From NCBI GenBank assembly GCA_963674825.1, contig OY771587.1, forward strand, positions 768,001 to 832,000: 64,000 nucleotides of DNA, read 5' to 3'. Positions 60,501 through 64,000 of the stretch are shown here, piece by piece (the first letter of the stretch is position 1; each line of letters begins with the position of its first letter). The translations under genes were made by a program, and so were the position numbers. Under the pieces are notes generated by a model. The model saw nothing but the letters and a program-made list of their open reading frames with translations, was not told the DNA's origin and did not search any database. The stretch is from Candidatus Cloacimonadales bacterium (GTDB lineage Bacteria > Cloacimonadota > Cloacimonadia > Cloacimonadales > JAIOQZ01).

Positions 60501-63500
60501 CCACATCATTCGTGCCATTTGCGTAGCATGAATTGTTCAACGTCGTTGTGCCGCCACCCATCAGGTACATCTGATTGCCGGTCGTTGCTATATTTCCCCA
60601 GACAATGCAGTTTTGCAGAACTGGAGAGCAATTGTTGTAATTCAGCATGCCACCACCGTAATACATGGCTACATTCATTGCAATCGTTGTGTTTGTCAGT
60701 ACAGGTGAAGAGGACGTCGAGTTCTCGATTCCTGCGCTGTTATTCGTGGTCTTGTTGCCATAGATCAAGCAATTCGTGATTATGGGAGATGCGTTGTAAT
60801 TACAGACACCACCACCGTAATCACCTTCATTCGCTGTAACAGTAACGTTTGTAATGGATGGCGAAGCCCCGGAATTGAAAACGCCAGAACCCCTGTCAAA
60901 AGAGTCTGTCCCATTTCCGTGCCCACCTTTCACGGTAAAACCATTCAAAACACTTGCGGCGGTCAAAGGGGCCGGATTGTAGATGACATGATAGCAGTTT
61001 TCCGAATTGTTGGAGAAAGCAAGTGTCTCTCCGCTTCCGCTTACAATGTCGTCCCCGAATCGATCACCGCTCAAAATGGTCTCGTGTTCGTCTCCCATTC
61101 CGAAATTCGTTCTTTCATCTACGGATGTTTCCGTACCGGCAAATCCGCCGTAGATTTCAACTCCTTCCATCATCCTGAAATGATAGTAGCGGGGGGTATT
61201 CGTCAGATTGTAAGAATAGCTTGGAATATATGTCCCCTTTGCCACCCAGATTTGATCTCCGGGTGTGGCAATATCAAGCGCTGATTGCAGGGAGGTGAAG
61301 GCGTCCGCCCAGCTTGCTCCATTGTTCGCTCCCACGGCATTGATATCGACATACAGAATTCCAGCGATACTGTATGGATCGACACCAGATGTCCACTCGT
61401 AAGCGCCCATATCGATTGTGGTGTTTTGAATCCGGGCCTGACCTCGCACATCGGTTGATGCTGTGTTATAACTGTTAAGACCGCTATCGACTGCGGGGGA
61501 GTTTTCCCAAAGCCGGAAATCACCGAGTGTAGCATTTAAAAAGTCAGGATTTTCCGTGGTATTGTTATTATCCGCGACAAAGGTCGCACCACTCACAATA
61601 ACATCATTATCCTGACTGGAGTAGCAGGTATAATTAAGTGTGGTAGTACCACCTCCGGATGTATACATCTGATTTCCGGTGAGAGCATGATTTCCCCAAA
61701 TGATGCAATTATTGAAGGTTGGGGCAGCGTTTAGATTGTTATTCAATCCACCGCCAGCATCCGTTGCCCGATTCATTGCAATGGTTGTGTTGATGAAAAC
61801 GGGTGAGGATGTCTCATTTTCAGATCCTGCACCATTTTGAGCAATATTACGATAGATGATGCAATTGGTAACGACCGGAGAAGCCTCCTGATTATAAATG
61901 CCACCTCCATGGATGCTCTGATTTTCTGTTAAAATCACATTCGTTAATGAAGGAGATGCCTGGAAGTTAAAAATCCCGGAACCGCTATTGTGAGGATTTG
62001 AGCCATTGGCGTTTCCACCTCTCACGGAAAATCCATTCAATAGGCTTGTTGATGTCAAAGGATCCGGATTGTAGATGACATGATAACAGTTATCTTCGTA
62101 ATTCGAAAAGGCGAGCGTTTCCCCACTTCCGCTAACTACATCATCACCATTCAAATCACCACTGAGTATTGTTTCGTTTTCTTCTCCAACCCCGTAACGA
62201 GTTCTTTGATTGCTCGCAGTTTCCGTACCAGAGAATCCACCGTAGATTTCAACGCCTTCAATCATTCTGAAGTGATAATTGCGAGGCGTATTAATTAAAT
62301 CATAAGAATCTTCCGGCACATAGGTTCCTTTGGCTACCCAGACATGATTTCCAGATATGGCTGCATCGAGTCCCGATTGCAATGAATTAAAGGCGTCGAC
62401 CCAGCTTGAACCATCGTTATTACCATCTGCCAGAGCATTCACATAAATGACCTGAAAAGACGGATCGATTCCATCGGTCCACTCATAAGCTCCCATGTCA
62501 ATCGTCGAGTTCTGAATCCGGGCTTGACCGCGGAAGTCCAGCGCCTCTGAATTAAAACTATTCTCACCAGTATCCACACAAGGGGAGATTCCATTGATTC
62601 TCAGATCGCCACCGGTGGTGGGAGCTTCCAGTGGGTTAACCGCCTCAATGAACAGGGGATCACAATTGATATTGCCTGTTCCTGTATAAACACCACTGTC
62701 CATTTGAACATTGCTATAACTAATGGATATTCCTGATCCGCGAACCTGATCAGGGTAGTTACCCCATATAATACTATTTGTGGCTGATATTGCATTCGCT
62801 CCCCAATCGGTTCCGAGAGCTCCGCCTGAGCCTGATGCACGATTGCCATTGAAAGTAGTATTGGTAAGTGTGACTGTGGATCCCCAACATGCTCTCACTC
62901 CACCAATTATCCCTCCAACAGATCGATTGCCGATGAATAGGCAATTTGTGAAGGTTCCTATAGAATTGTCTGTAAAGCTTACGCCTCCGCCATTGTCCGC
63001 TGCTGTATTGCCTATAATGGAGACATTTACAGCATCAACCGTCACCCCATAGGCAGCTTCCAATCCACCGCCGCAATTTATTATTTCACTGGAAAGGACT
63101 GTGTTTTCAATGAAGGCTACGTTGCTAAGTGTAAGCGTCCCACCACCTACGTGAAACAAACCTCCTCCCGAAAAAGCTTGATTATATCTGAAAGTGGTAT
63201 TATTCATGGTTGCGCTTGACTGATCTTTGAGATAAACGCCACCTCCCCCTGCTCCAGTGCTGATGTTATTACTGAAAACAACATTGTCAAAAGATGGATT
63301 TACATCTTCACCAGCATATCCTCCCCCCGCAGAAGCCATATTATTGTTAAAATGGACATTGATTATGGCAGGGCTTCCTCCATATAAGTTGTACATGCCT
63401 CCACCATAACCAATCGAGAGATAGTTTATCAACCGGTTGCCATCGATTAGAACGTTTTCTACATGTGGTGACGAGCTGGCATTCAGCATTCCGCCGCCAT

Positions 63501-64000
63501 ACGTTTGCCCCTGGTTGCCCCGTATCTCCAAGTTATAGTAACTGGGTGAGCTATACCAGTTCAATATCCCGCCACCACCGTAATAGGTGGTTCCGGAACC
63601 GGCAGTTACGATAAAACCATCCAATCTTGCTGTACTGTCCACACCATATGGAGCTACAACCACATGATCAGCATTCGTTCCAACCTGCTGATCCCAACTT
63701 TCGGTTATCCCGTTACCGTCGTCGTTCACATCATCCTGCCCGATATCGCCGCTTAGAATCGTTTGATTTGCCTGCCAGTCCCTTTCAGTCAGTAGCGTTT
63801 CCGTTCCGGCGAAGCCACCGTAGACTTCCACGCCCGATTTGAGTGTAAAACTGCTTGTGGCGTAATAGATACCTTCCACAACCCAGATTTGATCTCCTGA
63901 AACTGCCGAATTCAATGCGGTATGCAAAGAAGTAAATGCATCCGTCCAGGATTCCCCTGTCTCACTTCCAGAAGCGCTGGGATCGACATGAATTGTCTCC
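57532..64000 (-). CDS. Giant beta-helix repeat surface protein (at least 5 choice-of-anchor-Q-like modules plus a C-terminal FN3-like domain); 5' end outside the window
   Basis: Frame is open to the window edge (ETIHVDPSASGSETGESWTDAFTSL...). Modules run from YVD..A.G.N.G.SW.DAFTSLQSAL to RIQNTTID(M/I)GAYE. More than 2150 aa. Confidence 0.88.
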   Translation of the reverse strand, partial: ETIHVDPSASGSETGESWTDAFTSLHTALNSAVSGDQIWVVEGIYYATSSFTLKSGVEVYGGFAGTETLLTERDWQANQTILSGDIGQDDVNDDGNGITESWDQQVGTNADHVVVAPYGVDSTARLDGFIVTAGSGTTYYGGGGILNWYSSPSYYNLEIRGNQGQTYGGGMLNASSSPHVENVLIDGNRLINYLSIGYGGGMYNLYGGSPAIINVHFNNNMASAGGGYAGEDVNPSFDNVVFSNNISTGAGGGGVYLKDQSSATMNNTTFRYNQAFSGGGLFHVGGGTLTLSNVAFIENTVLSSEIINCGGGLEAAYGVTVDAVNVSIIGNTAADNGGGVSFTDNSIGTFTNCLFIGNRSVGGIIGGVRACWGSTVTLTNTTFNGNRASGSGGALGTDWGANAISATNSIIWGNYPDQVRGSGISISYSNVQMDSGVYTGTGNINCDPLFIEAVNPLEAPTTGGDLRINGISPCVDTGENSFNSEALDFRGQARIQNSTIDMGAYEWTDGIDPSFQVIYVNALADGNNDGSSWVDAFNSLQSGLDAAISGNHVWVAKGTYVPEDSYDLINTPRNYHFRMIEGVEIYGGFSGTETASNQRTRYGVGEENETILSGDLNGDDVVSGSGETLAFSNYEDNCYHVIYNPDPLTSTSLLNGFSVRGGNANGSNPHNSGSGIFNFQASPSLTNVILTENQSIHGGGIYNQEASPVVTNCIIYRNIAQNGAGSENETSSPVFINTTIAMNRATDAGGGLNNNLNAAPTFNNCIIWGNHALTGNQMYTSGGGTTTLNYTCYSSQDNDVIVSGATFVADNNNTTENPDFLNATLGDFRLWENSPAVDSGLNSYNTASTDVRGQARIQNTTIDMGAYEWTSGVDPYSIAGILYVDINAVGANNGASWADAFTSLQSALDIATPGDQIWVAKGTYIPSYSYNLTNTPRYYHFRMMEGVEIYGGFAGTETSVDERTNFGMGDEHETILSGDRFGDDIVSGSGETLAFSNNSENCYHVIYNPAPLTAASVLNGFTVKGGHGNGTDSFDRGSGVFNSGASPSITNVTVTANEGDYGGGVCNYNASPIITNCLIYGNKTTNNSAGIENSTSSSPVLTNTTIAMNVAMYYGGGMLNYNNCSPVLQNCIVWGNIATTGNQMYLMGGGTTTLNNSCYANGTNDVVLASGSDILDATTNNISVDPLFVGAETGDLRIDGSSSCVNAGDNSYNSESCDIRGQDRIQNTTIDIGAYEWTVGVDPPLHIIYVDLLAGGNNDGSCWVDAYTSLQSALNEAASGDQIWVARGTYKPEYDYGLGGGSRYYHFRMVEGTEIYGGFTGTETGIDQRINYGFEEANETILSGDLNDNDDFDVTNGGYQGTSGDDNCYHVFYHPDGTNLTNSALLDGFTITGGNANSGSNPHNRGGALYLFSSSPVIRKVNFDSNKAESIGGAVYMYDSMSFLENVSFTNNISSNSGGGVYVYNGSPEFGGMSFISNYAYNAGAIYFRESTASILNAIFTGNNSATDGGALSTHSSSLTIANSLFSSNTTTNNGGAIINYSSSVQYDSVLNNVTISENHAGLSGGGIRFASDNVASTLTINNCVIWNNTATSSGNELSLVSTGSTTISYSCYKDLDNDVETLNGTLDATNNNITIDPHFVGSFTQDFRLLGCSPGVDSGLNSYNTASTDVRGQARIQNTTIDMGAYEWTPGVDPYNIAGILFVDINAVGANNGASWADAFTSLQSALDIATPGDQIWVAKGTYIPSYSYNLTNTPRYYHFRMMEGVEIYGGFAGTETSVDERTNFGMGDENETILSGDRFGDDIVSGSGETLAFSNNSENCYHVIYNPAPLTAASVLNGFTVKGGHANGTDSFDRGSGVFNSGASPSITNVTVTANEGDYGGGVCNYNASPIITNCLIYGNKTTNNSAGIENSTSSSPVLTNTTIAMNVAMYYGGGMLNYNNCSPVLQNCIVWGNIATTGNQMYLMGGGTTTLNNSCYANGTNDVVLASGSDILDATTNNISVDPLFVGAETGDLRIDGSSSCVNAGDNSYNSESCDIRGQDRIQNTTIDIGAYEWTVGVDPGELTAPVNVTISVGDNTILLSWAIVPNATSYIIYRSEYPDREFVQIGTSATESYTDTELLSGSSYFYFVVAANTLRTDQQCVNTRHHPGGGK
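57812..59040. repeat. 1.23-kb intragenic direct repeat, copy 1
   Basis: Matches 60272-61500 at an offset of 2460, with about 17 mismatches counted by eye. Confidence 0.92.
60272..61500. repeat. 1.23-kb intragenic direct repeat, copy 2
   Basis: Matches 57812-59040. Confidence 0.92.

Overview
Chromosomal window from a diderm bacterium (kdsA, kdsB and a GT9 heptosyltransferase indicate Kdo-LPS). It is probably FCB-related, and the 'YPNPFNP...IYNxKGQ' C-terminal domains suggest Ca. Cloacimonadota; this taxonomy is an inference. Three themes dominate. (1) Flagellar genes: a minus-strand cluster fliJ-motE-like-fliK-flgD-TIGR02530-like-flgE | flbD-motA-motB-fliL-fliM-fliY-fliO-fliP-fliQ-fliR (15.4-29.6 kb) and a separate flhF-flhG locus. 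The stator looks Na+-type (PomAB-like). FliK is frameshift-split, about 1000 aa when joined, and carries two tandem-repeat arrays. A structured RNA leader covers the flgE ribosome-binding site. (2) Surface proteins: seven signal-peptide proteins end in a T9SS type-A/FlgD-Ig-like sorting domain, one lipoprotein has a degenerate copy, and a giant beta-helix repeat protein runs off the right edge. (3) Housekeeping genes: ptb, rpiB, glyA, kdsA/B, dapB/F, mnmG and tRNA-Arg(UCG). Non-coding signals include six sigma54-type -24/-12 motifs (one with an IHF site and a palindromic upstream site) and a REP-like cluster of covarying DNA hairpins at 31.7-32.0 kb. No CRISPR array, transposase, integrase or reverse transcriptase was seen. 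All calls were made by eye, without database searches.
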